Virus record (IMG/VR): IMGVR_UViG_3300019776_000961
Location: 96,001 to 160,000 of that record
From: a virus
Strand: one strand, 5' to 3'
Length of the DNA stretch: 64,000 bases
In this document: piece by piece, positions 27,743 to 38,251 of the stretch
How positions within the stretch are numbered: position 1 is the first letter of the stretch
Layout of the letters: every line of letters starts with the position of its first letter
Notes under the pieces: model-generated
The model's database searches: none
The model's input: the letters and a program-made list of their open reading frames with translations, nothing else
What the model was told of the DNA's origin: nothing
Translations under genes and position numbers: made by a program

Positions 27743-30379
27743 TTATATACCAAGTAAATCAAATAAATCTGTTTGTAATTGCTGACTAGGTGCTTTAATA
27801 CGCCATCCGACAGTATCATAGAGCCTTTCTACTGCAGAAAGAACAATCTTATCAAAGATAAGTTCATAATCAGGTTCAAATATCTCAGCGAACTCTTTAG
27901 GGTATTCGTACTTGTAAGCAATTTCTGATATACCGTATTTGTTCGGTTTACGTACAGCAAAAGATTTTAACTTATCACCTGAACCGAGCTTTTCATATTT
28001 GCGCTCAATATTAAATTTATCGACAAGTAGATTGTAAAAATAAGCAGCCTTTACATGATGTGGCATTCTTTTAACTGTCTGAAAGCCATTGCAATGGCGT
28101 GCGTATTTTTCATAATCAGTAATACCTGATACTGATGCAATATCGTCGACAGATAGTGATTTGAATTCTTCATATGTCTTCATGAAGGCCTTATCCGTCT
28201 CCTCTTTAGACTTTGTCAGTAGCATCGTTTCAACAATATTTTTTACATGCACCTTAATTGTAGCAGGCATTGTTGTGCGTACTACTTCCACACCTGTATA
28301 CTTAAACTTACTACATGGTATACCTTCATCATCTAATACATGCAGGATATAGCGTTTCTTCTTTAAAAAGACACCCACATCAGCGATCTTCTCTCGCTTA
28401 AAGTTTAACCTGCAGTCATTAGAGCCGAGCGATCGTGTACCCCACTCCTGAATATTCTTATTGAGATATTGTTCTATCTCCTTTACTGCATCATAATATT
28501 CAGACGTAATCTTACCATCCTTTCCAACCATCTTAATACCAAGCTTGTTAACAAGATGCTTTACTGAGATGTATGAGCTATCGGTGTCGTTATAGATAAC
28601 AGGGTTGTCCTTCTGAATATCATCATCTGTTAATTGTGCCTTATCCTTGATGTAATCAATAAGCAATTTGTTGGATTGTTTGATAGCAGCCTGACCAGTT
28701 AAAGTAATAGACTCAGCAAGCTCATCGTCACCGAGAGGGCTATGCTTGTTACCAAAGTATCCATAAATTGTATTAATTAGAATCTTAATTGTATGCTGTG
28801 TGATATTAAGATAGTCGATTTGATCTTCTAAATCTTTATACTCAGCTGTACCCTTAGTAAGGGTAAGAATCTTTCTTTTCGCTTTGGATAGTTGTGTTTT
28901 TACTTCAACACGCTTTTTATAAAAGTGATCAACAGCTTCAGGAATGATACCTCTTTCTTTCTGTGAAAAAAGAACATATGCTCTCGAAACTGCTACATTT
29001 TCTTGCTTAATAAATGATGCAAACTTCTCTTTCGTGAGAGTGTATTCTGATCCATTTACATGCCTGATAGTAAGCTTACCGTCATCTGTATATTCAATCT
29101 CTCTCCTATCATTATTATTCTCATCTTTCCATTTACTGTGAACAATAGTACCGATTTTTGTCTCAGGAGAAAGATTGAGAGTAATCATCACGTTTGGGTA
29201 CAGACTATTAGCATCGAACGATACAATATGTTCCTGGAATCCAGGCTGCGGGTCACCAACGTATGCACCTGCATTCTGCTCTCCGCCTTCTATTACATCT
29301 TTCTTAAATGTAGGTATTCGTTGCCCTCTTCCACGAGCTCTAATAGCAGCAAGACCGGTAATAACACTTAGTGATCCTAGTGCTCCCTCAAACGTTGTGA
29401 GACCAGCATATGCAATAAAACGAAGCAATTGTATATATTTTAACTTTCGCTCCATCTTAACAAGAAGGTTAACGTCCTGAATGTTATATTCAATAAACAG
29501 ATCCCAGTTATCATCAGACAGTGTTGCGAGGTCTGTATCACCGTAATCAATCTTTGTTTCTTCAAGCTCAATCTCACCGATATAGCCTAATTTATATGAC
29601 TCACGCAATACAGGACAAAAACGTCTGTAGATTTGCATATAGTCAACACACGATACACCTTCAATATGCCATCGTGTTTGCTCACGACCGAACTTACCCA
29701 TAAACTTACGAGAACGGATTCTACCTATAGGTGATAGCCTTTTTGCTGCATCTTCACCGAGTATGCGTGTAATTCGATTAATGATATACGGCATATCGAA
29801 GAACTCACTATTCCATCCAGATAGAATATCAGGGTAATCATTGCAAAAATAATCGAGAAATTTATTAAGCAAGTCTTTTTCTGTTTTACATGCAATATAT
29901 GTTACATTGTCAAAGCTTTTCTTGCATTGCTTTGATCCCCAGGTTATAAATTTTTCAGTTAATGTATCATAAATTGTGATAACGTTAATAGGATGATTAG
30001 CTGTTTCAATATCAGGGAATGCGTCTGGGCTATATGTCTCAATATCGAGAAAATAAACCTTAAGAGGATATTTAGAAAAATCAGGCGTCTCGTTATTCTG
30101 ACCAAATTGATCAATAAGGAACTGTTGTTGAACACTTAAATTTTCAAAGACACGTACTATATCGTTATCTTTTAGATACTGTGATCTTTCTGCCTGATGG
30201 TTAAATTTTTTCTTACGAAGCTTTGTATTGAAGATACTCATACAGTCTTCGTTATGTGTTGTTTCTACATAAATGTACGGCTCAAAAGATGTATCGTATG
30301 ATACACGATTACCATTCTCGTCCCAGGAGAATAGACGCATGGATTGCTCACGCGGTAAATATGCTACGTTTCTATACAC
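27743..30379 (-). CDS. gp43: Family B DNA polymerase
   Basis: Exo LDIET, GWNSEFFD, YNIQDV; Pol SFDANSLYP, KILINTIYG, YNDTDS, KKRY. Confidence 0.97.
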   Translation of the reverse strand: MYRNVAYLPREQSMRLFSWDENGNRVSYDTSFEPYIYVETTHNEDCMSIFNTKLRKKKFNHQAERSQYLKDNDIVRVFENLSVQQQFLIDQFGQNNETPDFSKYPLKVYFLDIETYSPDAFPDIETANHPINVITIYDTLTEKFITWGSKQCKKSFDNVTYIACKTEKDLLNKFLDYFCNDYPDILSGWNSEFFDMPYIINRITRILGEDAAKRLSPIGRIRSRKFMGKFGREQTRWHIEGVSCVDYMQIYRRFCPVLRESYKLGYIGEIELEETKIDYGDTDLATLSDDNWDLFIEYNIQDVNLLVKMERKLKYIQLLRFIAYAGLTTFEGALGSLSVITGLAAIRARGRGQRIPTFKKDVIEGGEQNAGAYVGDPQPGFQEHIVSFDANSLYPNVMITLNLSPETKIGTIVHSKWKDENNNDRREIEYTDDGKLTIRHVNGSEYTLTKEKFASFIKQENVAVSRAYVLFSQKERGIIPEAVDHFYKKRVEVKTQLSKAKRKILTLTKGTAEYKDLEDQIDYLNITQHTIKILINTIYGYFGNKHSPLGDDELAESITLTGQAAIKQSNKLLIDYIKDKAQLTDDDIQKDNPVIYNDTDSSYISVKHLVNKLGIKMVGKDGKITSEYYDAVKEIEQYLNKNIQEWGTRSLGSNDCRLNFKREKIADVGVFLKKKRYILHVLDDEGIPCSKFKYTGVEVVRTTMPATIKVHVKNIVETMLLTKSKEETDKAFMKTYEEFKSLSVDDIASVSGITDYEKYARHCNGFQTVKRMPHHVKAAYFYNLLVDKFNIERKYEKLGSGDKLKSFAVRKPNKYGISEIAYKYEYPKEFAEIFEPDYELIFDKIVLSAVERLYDTVGWRIKAPSQQLQTDLFDLLGI

Positions 30380-30385
30380 ACTACA

Positions 30386-30413
30386 AGTATAAAAACTGCT
30401 CGATAGAAATCAA
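30386..30413 (-). promoter_or_regulatory. Sigma70-like promoter TTGATT-N16-TATACT (DNA polymerase)
   Basis: 6 nt before GTG 30379. Confidence 0.72.
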
Positions 30414-31633
30414 GCTATGATACCGTTAATAGGGTTAAGAAGCTTACGCTGTGGATCACCGTGCGGTAAAGTATAGAGTTCTACATACTTGTCGATATTG
30501 TTATCGTTCTCAAGCCAGCGTAACTCTGCTGTCTTTCGTGCTTTTGTCGAAAGATTCATATAACGGCCCTTCTTTGAAAGAATGTCGTCAAGTTGATCAA
30601 TCATCTCATCGCCTGTATTGAACTTAAATGGTGCATCTTCATATGTACAAAGGTCCTGACATACAATCGGTATACCATAACAATTTGCTTCAACTAGCTT
30701 TAGATCACTCTTAGCTTTGTTAAATGTATTATTCTGCAACGGTGCTACCATAGCATTGACTCTCAATGTATGAATCTTCTCTGGGTATGTATATAATCTC
30801 TCCCAAGGGTGGAACTCAGCTTCACCAGAAGTAATCATGTGCTGTAAAGGTAGAGGATAGGCACCGAGGAATACCCATTGATATTTGTGCTTTGTAGCTT
30901 CAATTACACGGCACACATGCGCAAAATCATCGTTTTGACCGACGCGATTATCTACATCGAAGTGAGCACCTGACCCTGCGTAGAGAATTCTCGGCTTCTT
31001 TTTGCTTATATCATAATTTTCAGAAATACGCTTTTCATTATAATAATTACCCATCCAGAATTTCGGTGGGTAGTTTGGTATGACAGTAATGTTTTTATTA
31101 CCTGTCTTACTCATATAATAATCTTTCATGAAATCACATGTAACAGTAATCTCGTCGCACATTTCCATAATTGCCTGTGCATGCTGACGAATCTCAGGAT
31201 CTGTAAACGCAGGCTTAAATTTATTATAATCAGGAATATCTTCACTAAAGACCAAATCATCAATTTCATAGATTAGTCGGAAACCGAATTCTCTACTCAA
31301 CTGTTTTAGAAATTCTACAAACTTACGTTGATGTATAGTAGCTTGACGTTGAATGCGTACAGCTTTTGTACCCCTAAAATAATTAGGATCAAAACTCATA
31401 ACAGTACTTCCATGTACGACTAGTTTTTGGTGAGCATTCATAATATGCTCAGGCCAAATCATTCTCCAAAAACCACACCCACTATAATCAGCATAATAAT
31501 TTATTACACGTGTAAGACCGAGCTCGGGTGGAGCAGGGAGAGTAGTAGGCTGAAGGGTTGTAGAAGCGATATTATTGCTAAAAGGAGCAGCAAACGGCGA
31601 TACAAACGGTGAAACAAAAGGAGATACGATCAT
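30410..31633 (-). CDS. GT-B fold glycosyltransferase
   Basis: DYSGCGFWRMIWP, IYEIDD, DEITVT, VIPN, APLQNNTFNKAKSDLKLVE. Confidence 0.8.
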   Translation of the reverse strand: MIVSPFVSPFVSPFAAPFSNNIASTTLQPTTLPAPPELGLTRVINYYADYSGCGFWRMIWPEHIMNAHQKLVVHGSTVMSFDPNYFRGTKAVRIQRQATIHQRKFVEFLKQLSREFGFRLIYEIDDLVFSEDIPDYNKFKPAFTDPEIRQHAQAIMEMCDEITVTCDFMKDYYMSKTGNKNITVIPNYPPKFWMGNYYNEKRISENYDISKKKPRILYAGSGAHFDVDNRVGQNDDFAHVCRVIEATKHKYQWVFLGAYPLPLQHMITSGEAEFHPWERLYTYPEKIHTLRVNAMVAPLQNNTFNKAKSDLKLVEANCYGIPIVCQDLCTYEDAPFKFNTGDEMIDQLDDILSKKGRYMNLSTKARKTAELRWLENDNNIDKYVELYTLPHGDPQRKLLNPINGIIA

Positions 31634-31646
31634 ATACTCTTACAAT

Positions 31647-33458
31647 TTAAGCTGCGTATTCCTTAAAATCTACACGTTTAGTTATACCATTATTCTTTTC
31701 TAGAAAAATAATCTCACCGGTTGCAGCTTTAGTACTTTCCTTACGGTGACTGATTACCATGATACATTCCTTATATTTCTCTACACGTTCTTTCAAGAGC
31801 GCTATAACTAACTCTACACCTCTCTCATCGAGACTTGAATCAAATAGTTCATCGTAAATACTAAAATTAAAACATACATCACCTTGTAGACGTCTCATAT
31901 CCATGAAAGTAAAGAGACACGCAAGATCAATATTCTTTCTTTCTGCACCACTAAAATTAAAATATGAGCAAGGCTTGCCTTTTGTATCAACGATTTCCTC
32001 TTCAAAGTATTCGTTAAATGTTACAACACAATTGGCATCCATTTTCTTAAGATAATAAGCTAGTTTGCTATTAAACAATTTAAGAATTTTCTTTACAACA
32101 TATGATTTAACACCCTCTTCTGAGACAACAAATTTAACAATATCGAGTGTATTGAGATCTTGCTTAATATTGTCAATAATAATCTTAATTGAATCTATTC
32201 TCTGTTTCTGATCATCTACCTGTGTGTCGTCTGTTACTGCAGCGTGTTCGAGATCTGCAATATCGTGCTCAAGCATATCAAGCCATGTAATTAACTGTAA
32301 TCGTCTATCATTAAGATTTTTTATCTCTTGTTTTTTTAGCTCGTTGCTATGAATCTCGTTCCTCATTTCCTTAATTTTAAGCTTAATCAATCTTTGCTTT
32401 TCTACATAGTCTGCTTCTTTAGCAGCTAATGTCTTTATATCTTCTGCATATTGTTCTGCTTCTTCTTTAAGTTTCTTTTTTTCGGATTTAATATAATTTT
32501 TATCATGTTCTTCAATAGAACGCAAACAAACAGGACATTTATCCTTATCAGTACCGATAGACGCTGATTGCTTGCTTATTTGTTGTATCTGTAGAGTCTT
32601 CTCGGTTTTTGCATCACGCTGTGATTGTATTTTTTCATCAAGTTTTATTACAGCAGCTTCAAGCTCATCAATCTTGCTGCGTAACTGCGTGTTATCAGTC
32701 TCAACAACGTCAGCGAGCTTTTCATCAATGCTTTCGACTTCCTCTTTATTATTTTTCTGACGCATTAAGTATTTTTCGCGCTTTTTACTTCTTTCCTCTA
32801 TAGCCGTAGTTCTCTGTCTTTCGAATGTCAAAAGCGTTCTTTCTGCCTCATCAAAGCGTGTTGTTTCAATATCAAAAGATTTCTTTTTCTCAGTAATATC
32901 ATTTTTGAGATAGGTAAGCATTTCGCTAAAAATGCTAAGGTTAAAAATATCCTCAATAAATCTACGCTTCTCTTGCTTCTTCTTTGCCATAAACGGTACT
33001 GTATTGTTTATGGTCATAATTACACAATTTTGAAATATCTCAGGCGTACATGTGAACTTCTTTTGAATAAAAGCAGTTGTATTAGACATACTATCTAATG
33101 TCTTATCTTCACCGTCTATATAGAGAAAACACTTAGATGGCTCCAATGTACGTACAATCTTAATACTCTCAGTTTTATCAAAGTGCTTAATTACTACGTC
33201 AAGCTCTACTTCACATCCCTTCTTATTGACATTATTAACAATATGTTCTTTCTTTAAATCACGTAGTGTTTCACCAAAGACAGCAAAATATACAGCATCA
33301 GCAATAGTAGACTTACCAACACCATTACGTCTATCTTCCTTATCCTTATTAATACCTGTAATAATATTGAGTCCTTGATTAAAGGATACACTTACAGGCT
33401 CTGTACCTACAGACAGAAAATTCTTTATCTTAACATTTTTAAAATTTATATATTTCAT
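31647..33458 (-). CDS. gp46: Recombination endonuclease ATPase subunit (Rad50/SbcC-like)
   Basis: KNFLSVG, NGVGKST, CPVC hook, FSGAERKNIDLA, YDELFDSSLD, VISH. Confidence 0.95.
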   Translation of the reverse strand: MKYINFKNVKIKNFLSVGTEPVSVSFNQGLNIITGINKDKEDRRNGVGKSTIADAVYFAVFGETLRDLKKEHIVNNVNKKGCEVELDVVIKHFDKTESIKIVRTLEPSKCFLYIDGEDKTLDSMSNTTAFIQKKFTCTPEIFQNCVIMTINNTVPFMAKKKQEKRRFIEDIFNLSIFSEMLTYLKNDITEKKKSFDIETTRFDEAERTLLTFERQRTTAIEERSKKREKYLMRQKNNKEEVESIDEKLADVVETDNTQLRSKIDELEAAVIKLDEKIQSQRDAKTEKTLQIQQISKQSASIGTDKDKCPVCLRSIEEHDKNYIKSEKKKLKEEAEQYAEDIKTLAAKEADYVEKQRLIKLKIKEMRNEIHSNELKKQEIKNLNDRRLQLITWLDMLEHDIADLEHAAVTDDTQVDDQKQRIDSIKIIIDNIKQDLNTLDIVKFVVSEEGVKSYVVKKILKLFNSKLAYYLKKMDANCVVTFNEYFEEEIVDTKGKPCSYFNFSGAERKNIDLACLFTFMDMRRLQGDVCFNFSIYDELFDSSLDERGVELVIALLKERVEKYKECIMVISHRKESTKAATGEIIFLEKNNGITKRVDFKEYAA

Positions 33459-34501
33459 GCGTTAGTTGCTCTCTTGTATAAATCCATGCAGTAATTGATT
33501 ACTTCAGATTTGTTTTCAATATCGAGTACATTTACAAACTCTTCTATTGTCTTTTGTAAGTCAACACCGGTAGCGTCGTAATTTTGATCTTCTATTACAA
33601 TACTATCATCATAAAGAGAGTAATCAACCGAAACCGAAAACGGATTAAAATTAGATATCTTTTTTAGTAAACTATCTATATTGTCAGAGCTAACCTTTTT
33701 ATCGACAATAAGTTTAACTATATTATTTTTAAATACTTCCTTAATGTCAGCTTGTTTTGCAATTTCTGTAATACCGATTTTTTTATGCTTTGGTGAAATA
33801 GTATTTTCAATAAATTCATATTTACTACTATTAATATCTAATATATAATAACCCTTCGTTGTACCCGTATCACCAAAGTCCATCTCAAATGGGTTACCAA
33901 CATATACGATTGTACCGTTATCATAGACACGTTCATCTCTCAAATGAAAATGTCCTGTCAATATTAACTTTGATCTATCAAGAAGGTCACTTGTCTTTGT
34001 ACCGTGGTCACAAAGTTTAAAGCTATTCATCTTAAAGCTTTCAATCTCTAAGTGACCAAACATAATATCTGACTGAGGCAGGTCAGATATATTAGAACCC
34101 CAAGGAAGGAAGGTAAGTTTTTTACCAAGGACTGTAAATGTCGTTGGTTGTTCTATAACAGTTATATTATCTCTACCGTTAAGAATAGAAAGTGAATTGA
34201 TATCCGAGCGATCTTTATAATATGCATCATGATTACCGACTATAATAACAATATTAAATTCTTTCCATTTAGTAAGAATTTGATTTACAACATGAATAGT
34301 ATTAACTGCTACTTCGTCTCTATAATGAAATACATCACCAAGGATAAAAATATCTTTTATCTCCTTTGCGTTTAATTCACTCTTGAGCCATTCAGCCCAA
34401 TTAAGAGCTGTTTCATGCCAAAAAATACTATTCTGGTGTACACCGATATGTAAATCAGCAATACAGCATACTCGATTAGTGTTTAAGTGTAAGTCTTTCA
34501 A
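33455..34501 (-). CDS. gp47: Recombination endonuclease nuclease subunit (Mre11/SbcD-like)
   Basis: DLHIG, GDVFH, GNHD, GHLEI, TGHFH. Confidence 0.95.
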   Translation of the reverse strand: MKDLHLNTNRVCCIADLHIGVHQNSIFWHETALNWAEWLKSELNAKEIKDIFILGDVFHYRDEVAVNTIHVVNQILTKWKEFNIVIIVGNHDAYYKDRSDINSLSILNGRDNITVIEQPTTFTVLGKKLTFLPWGSNISDLPQSDIMFGHLEIESFKMNSFKLCDHGTKTSDLLDRSKLILTGHFHLRDERVYDNGTIVYVGNPFEMDFGDTGTTKGYYILDINSSKYEFIENTISPKHKKIGITEIAKQADIKEVFKNNIVKLIVDKKVSSDNIDSLLKKISNFNPFSVSVDYSLYDDSIVIEDQNYDATGVDLQKTIEEFVNVLDIENKSEVINYCMDLYKRATNA

Positions 34502-34503
34502 GA

Positions 34504-35121
34504 TTAATAATCGTCTTCTCCATCATCGCTTGGATCAACGTAGATATGTGCACCACCGTTTTCATCGGGGTTAAGCATCATTTCCGTATATACCTTCTCT
34601 TTGTATTCGTTAAGAGTCTCGTGATGTCGTTTTTCTTTCTTAATTCTATTAATAAACGCATGAAATGCAATAGTAGTAAAATATGAAAATGGGTTAAAAC
34701 CAGAATCAAGCTTAAATTTTTTATTCTTAAGAGCAGAAAACATTTTGACAATCGCATCACCAACCATTTCTTCTTTATAGGAATAATTGATGAAGTTACC
34801 AGCAAATGAAAGACCATGCGCTATCTTATTGATACTATCACCTAGTTTAAATGTAACATGTCCGGTTTTATAAAACTCTCGTATTTCTTCCTCAAACTCT
34901 CTACTATTGACATAATGCTCACGTTCACGTGGCTTTAATTTTTTAGCTACCGGTGCTTCTACTACACTCTCAACTGGCAGTATAATATCGCTAATAATAG
35001 CCTCATGCACTTCACCGCTATCAATAACATCCTCAATAGGAATATCAAGAACTGCAGGCTTTTCTTTTATGCTATTTTTCTGTGATTTCTTTGATAGCAA
35101 ATTTGATTTTTTCTTTTTCAT
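34504..35121 (-). CDS. gp55: Late-transcription sigma factor
   Basis: HYVNSREF, NFINYSYKEEMVGDAI, NPFSYFTTIAFHAFINRIKKEK. Confidence 0.92.
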   Translation of the reverse strand: MKKKKSNLLSKKSQKNSIKEKPAVLDIPIEDVIDSGEVHEAIISDIILPVESVVEAPVAKKLKPREREHYVNSREFEEEIREFYKTGHVTFKLGDSINKIAHGLSFAGNFINYSYKEEMVGDAIVKMFSALKNKKFKLDSGFNPFSYFTTIAFHAFINRIKKEKRHHETLNEYKEKVYTEMMLNPDENGGAHIYVDPSDDGEDDY

Positions 35122-36565
35122 AAAGTGAGATACGTTTGTCGAGATGCGCTGAGCTATAGCGATAGTTATCAGCTACATCAAATATTATAAGTTGTGTCTT
35201 ATCCTTATGCAACCTAAGACCACGACCTATGGACTGTACTATTTTAATTTTCGCTTTACCGCCGCATGCAAAAATTATGTAATGTAAATTCTTAATATTA
35301 ACACCGGTAGAGAATATTTTAGAGATAGCGACAACTATAATATCATTATGTAGCTCCATTAATTGTCTAACTTTTTCACGCTCTGTAATTTCAACTTCTC
35401 CACGAATAAAAAATACCTGCTTACTAGGGTGTTGTTCTTTTATTATATCATACAACAACTCTCCGTGCTCTATATAATCAACCATTACCAGTGAGTTGTT
35501 CTTGAGGTTACCCATTAGAGTGCTTATTGTTCTATTTCTAAATTGACTCTGTATGAGATATTTGACTTCAGCTCGATATTTATCCGATGCATTATCACCT
35601 ATAGGCGGTATATCTCGCTCAGGTAGTTTGTGATTTAATTTAAGCACCTGTATTTGAGCACCTGTAATATAATTATCCTGTCTTAAATCATAACTATGCT
35701 TTTCATAGATGACAGGTCCAATTTTACCAATTATATTCCACTGATCGAGTTTATCTTCAGGCATTGTACCAGTAAATCCAAAGCGATGCGGTGTCTTAAC
35801 ACGCTTAAGAATTTTGTTAATTTCATTGCCCTTGCGTATTTTGTGTACTTCATCAACTACAAGTACATCAATCCCCTCTATCCAATCTAGATTAGAATTC
35901 TTACTCTGTAGAATGCCGATGTTTGCGACAATTACGTCAGAAGTAAGATCGAGGTCATCATCTCCTGTCCATTTTGATACCTTAAACGGAACGTTATAAT
36001 CAATAAAATCCTGTGATGTTTGCTCCACGAGACCACGATCAGGTACAATAAACAAACACTTAAATGTGTTTTTATTATATGGTGATTTGTATATGCTGTA
36101 TATTTTTGTTAGAAGAGAGGCAGATGTAAGTGTTTTACCACCTGCAGTAGCGAGTATAATAGTACCGCGGCCGTTGAATAGGCATTTCTTTACAATTTCT
36201 TCCTGATAATCTCTAAGAGGTATCTTGAGAGGTAATATTTCGTTCTTAAAATCTAGCTGCTGATGCCAGCCGTATCTTGCAGGGTAGACAGTATCAAATA
36301 AATCTTTACTAAAAATCTGACCACCTGTTATCTGCTTTTCGGTTATATATTTCTTAATCTCTTCAACTAAGCATGGTTCAAAGCGACCTGTAGGTGTTAT
36401 AGCATATGTACGCGGTGGTAAGAACCTACCATATCGTCGCATAAATTTAGCACCTTCATTCTTAACAGAAAAGTACTCACGAATATCATCAAAGTTCTCG
36501 CCTTTGAGAATACCCATTTTCTTTGTACTGTCAAAATCAAACTCTACCATATTACGTTGTCTCAA
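35072..36565 (-). CDS. uvsW: SF2 DNA helicase
   Basis: LRDYQ, ATAGGKT, VDEVH, GFTGT, FSTGVNIKNLH, QSIGRGLR. Confidence 0.95.
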   Translation of the reverse strand: MRQRNMVEFDFDSTKKMGILKGENFDDIREYFSVKNEGAKFMRRYGRFLPPRTYAITPTGRFEPCLVEEIKKYITEKQITGGQIFSKDLFDTVYPARYGWHQQLDFKNEILPLKIPLRDYQEEIVKKCLFNGRGTIILATAGGKTLTSASLLTKIYSIYKSPYNKNTFKCLFIVPDRGLVEQTSQDFIDYNVPFKVSKWTGDDDLDLTSDVIVANIGILQSKNSNLDWIEGIDVLVVDEVHKIRKGNEINKILKRVKTPHRFGFTGTMPEDKLDQWNIIGKIGPVIYEKHSYDLRQDNYITGAQIQVLKLNHKLPERDIPPIGDNASDKYRAEVKYLIQSQFRNRTISTLMGNLKNNSLVMVDYIEHGELLYDIIKEQHPSKQVFFIRGEVEITEREKVRQLMELHNDIIVVAISKIFSTGVNIKNLHYIIFACGGKAKIKIVQSIGRGLRLHKDKTQLIIFDVADNYRYSSAHLDKRISLYEKEKIKFAIKEITEK

Positions 36566-36941
36566 GCTTCATTATCTCTACTAAATTCTTGATATCAAAA
36601 GTAGTGCTGCTTAATGTCTTCTCTGTTTTTTCTAACAGCTCAATAACTAATTTCTTCTCTTCAATAGTTTGCTGCATTTCAATTAACTCGGGTCGCTGTT
36701 CAACAGCTTTTAAAATAACAGGCAACGAGAGATCAACTGTTGAACCTTTTTTAATCTCCTCTGTTAGTTTTGTCTTTAACGCATTAAGACGTCTTGTCTC
36801 TTGAGTTACTTCCATTTTTAATCGAATGAGCCTTCCTGCCCATTTGTGCTTAGTTGCAGGTAAGCGTAATTGATAATCTTTTAAATTAAGCTCATTAATT
36901 TTTAGATCCTCTTCTAACTCTTTTATATATTCTGCTAGCAT
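36552..36941 (-). CDS. uvsY: Recombination mediator
   Basis: 129-aa coiled coil upstream of uvsW ending TFDIKNLVEIMKL. Confidence 0.75.
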   Translation of the reverse strand: MLAEYIKELEEDLKINELNLKDYQLRLPATKHKWAGRLIRLKMEVTQETRRLNALKTKLTEEIKKGSTVDLSLPVILKAVEQRPELIEMQQTIEEKKLVIELLEKTEKTLSSTTFDIKNLVEIMKLETT

Positions 36942-36970
36942 TAACTTAAATAATAGTATAAGGACTCAAA

Positions 36971-37228
36971 ATGTCAACAAATCTTTTTAAAAATACGTTT
37001 TTACGAATGCTGTCTGAAGATGCAAATACAGCTGCAGGAGTCTTTGGTCCTGCTGCTGCGGCGGCTGCAGCTAATCCTGCAATGCAGGGTGATCAAATTT
37101 ATAATCCTGGTAACAGTCTGCCGGCTGATCCGGCGAGCCTTGCACTCGGTAAAAAGGTAGTCAAAGGTAAGGGTAAGAAAAACAAGTATAGATTCCCTAT
37201 TGCACGTAGACAAAGAATAAAAACATAA
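36971..37228 (+). CDS. Small hypothetical late protein
   Basis: TAAATA upstream; MSTNLFKNTFLRMLSE N-terminus. Confidence 0.6.
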   Translation: MSTNLFKNTFLRMLSEDANTAAGVFGPAAAAAAANPAMQGDQIYNPGNSLPADPASLALGKKVVKGKGKKNKYRFPIARRQRIKT

Positions 37229-37239
37229 TAATTAACTAC

Positions 37240-37671
37240 GTGGAACATGGTCACTGGATTCTGAATGAAAGCATCATTATTGATGAACGTACATTTGGCT
37301 TTATATACGAGATAACTAATAATATTCTCAATAAGAAATATATAGGTAAAAAGCAATGTATAAGCCGGATCAAGCGTAGACCTCTTAAAGGTAAAACACG
37401 CAACAGAATTGATCATAAGGAATCCGACTGGAAGACATATACAAGTTCATCTAATGAGCTTAATTTAGATATTGAAAAATACGGTAAAGATAACTTTACA
37501 TTCAAAATTATTAAAGCCTGCGGATCTAAGTGGGAGCTTGCATACGAGGAAATAAAAGAACAAATAAGTCAAAACGTCTTGTTAAGAGATGATTACTATA
37601 ACGGTATTATAAACGTACGAATTGGTACACCTCCTAAGGATATAAAGCAATCATACTTGAATTCCCTTTAA
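37240..37671 (+). CDS. Small GIY-YIG nuclease (catalytic domain only)
   Basis: GFIYEITN...KYIGKK, DWKTYTSS, EKYG..NF.FKI, YYN. Confidence 0.8.
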   Translation: MEHGHWILNESIIIDERTFGFIYEITNNILNKKYIGKKQCISRIKRRPLKGKTRNRIDHKESDWKTYTSSSNELNLDIEKYGKDNFTFKIIKACGSKWELAYEEIKEQISQNVLLRDDYYNGIINVRIGTPPKDIKQSYLNSL

Positions 37672-37684
37672 ACCAATATACACT
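37657..37684 (+). promoter_or_regulatory. Sigma70-like promoter TTGAAT-N16-TACACT
   Basis: 6 nt before GTG 37691. Confidence 0.65.
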
Positions 37685-37690
37685 TAAGGG

Positions 37691-38248
37691 GTGGTAGATG
37701 ATATTATTTTTTCTGAATATAATTTTAGGTTAATAGACTTTTGTAGACTACTAAAAGCATCGGAAGTTACTATTATTAATGAAATGTATGTATATGGTTT
37801 GCTTGAAAAACCAAAAATTACAAAGGATGTAAAGAAAATTTTAATGCATCATATAACATTATGCTTGTGTTCTAAATTACTCACTGCTACAGGAAGAGAG
37901 AAATGGATTGTCTATTTTAATAAAGATGATCTCAATAATAGCCTACTTCATGAATATTTTCCGGAGATAGGCACATTAATAGAGTTGTTTCTTAATAAGT
38001 TAAAAAAACTTCTACCTGTAAGAATATTCACAAACGGAAAGACATTTAGTGAGTTACAGAAAATAGTATTAAAGAGAAACGGTGAAAGAGATGAGTTTAT
38101 AGCAAATATAAGACTCTTTTTAGAAAGCATTAATTTTAGTACATTTACATTTAGCAAAATAAAAATTTTTACGCAAAAACAAGGTTTAACGTTTTTAAAT
38201 AGGGAATTCTTTAATACACTTAAATCAAAACAGCTTCTTCTTACATAA
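37691..38248 (+). CDS. Hypothetical protein
   Basis: 185 aa; TTGAAT-N16-TACACT 6 nt upstream of GTG. Confidence 0.65.
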   Translation: MVDDIIFSEYNFRLIDFCRLLKASEVTIINEMYVYGLLEKPKITKDVKKILMHHITLCLCSKLLTATGREKWIVYFNKDDLNNSLLHEYFPEIGTLIELFLNKLKKLLPVRIFTNGKTFSELQKIVLKRNGERDEFIANIRLFLESINFSTFTFSKIKIFTQKQGLTFLNREFFNTLKSKQLLLT

Positions 38249-38251
38249 ATG

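Noticed and set aside
21681-30379. Inteins in helicase, UvsX or DNA polymerase
   Set aside because: Lengths are normal and no C...HN/(C/S/T) intein boundaries were seen at the usual motif sites.
37691-38248. Hidden DpdA/TGT among the hypothetical ORFs
   Set aside because: No TGT-like DSG motif or Zn-binding CxC..CxxH pattern in this or other unknown ORFs. Absence from the window does not prove absence from the genome.
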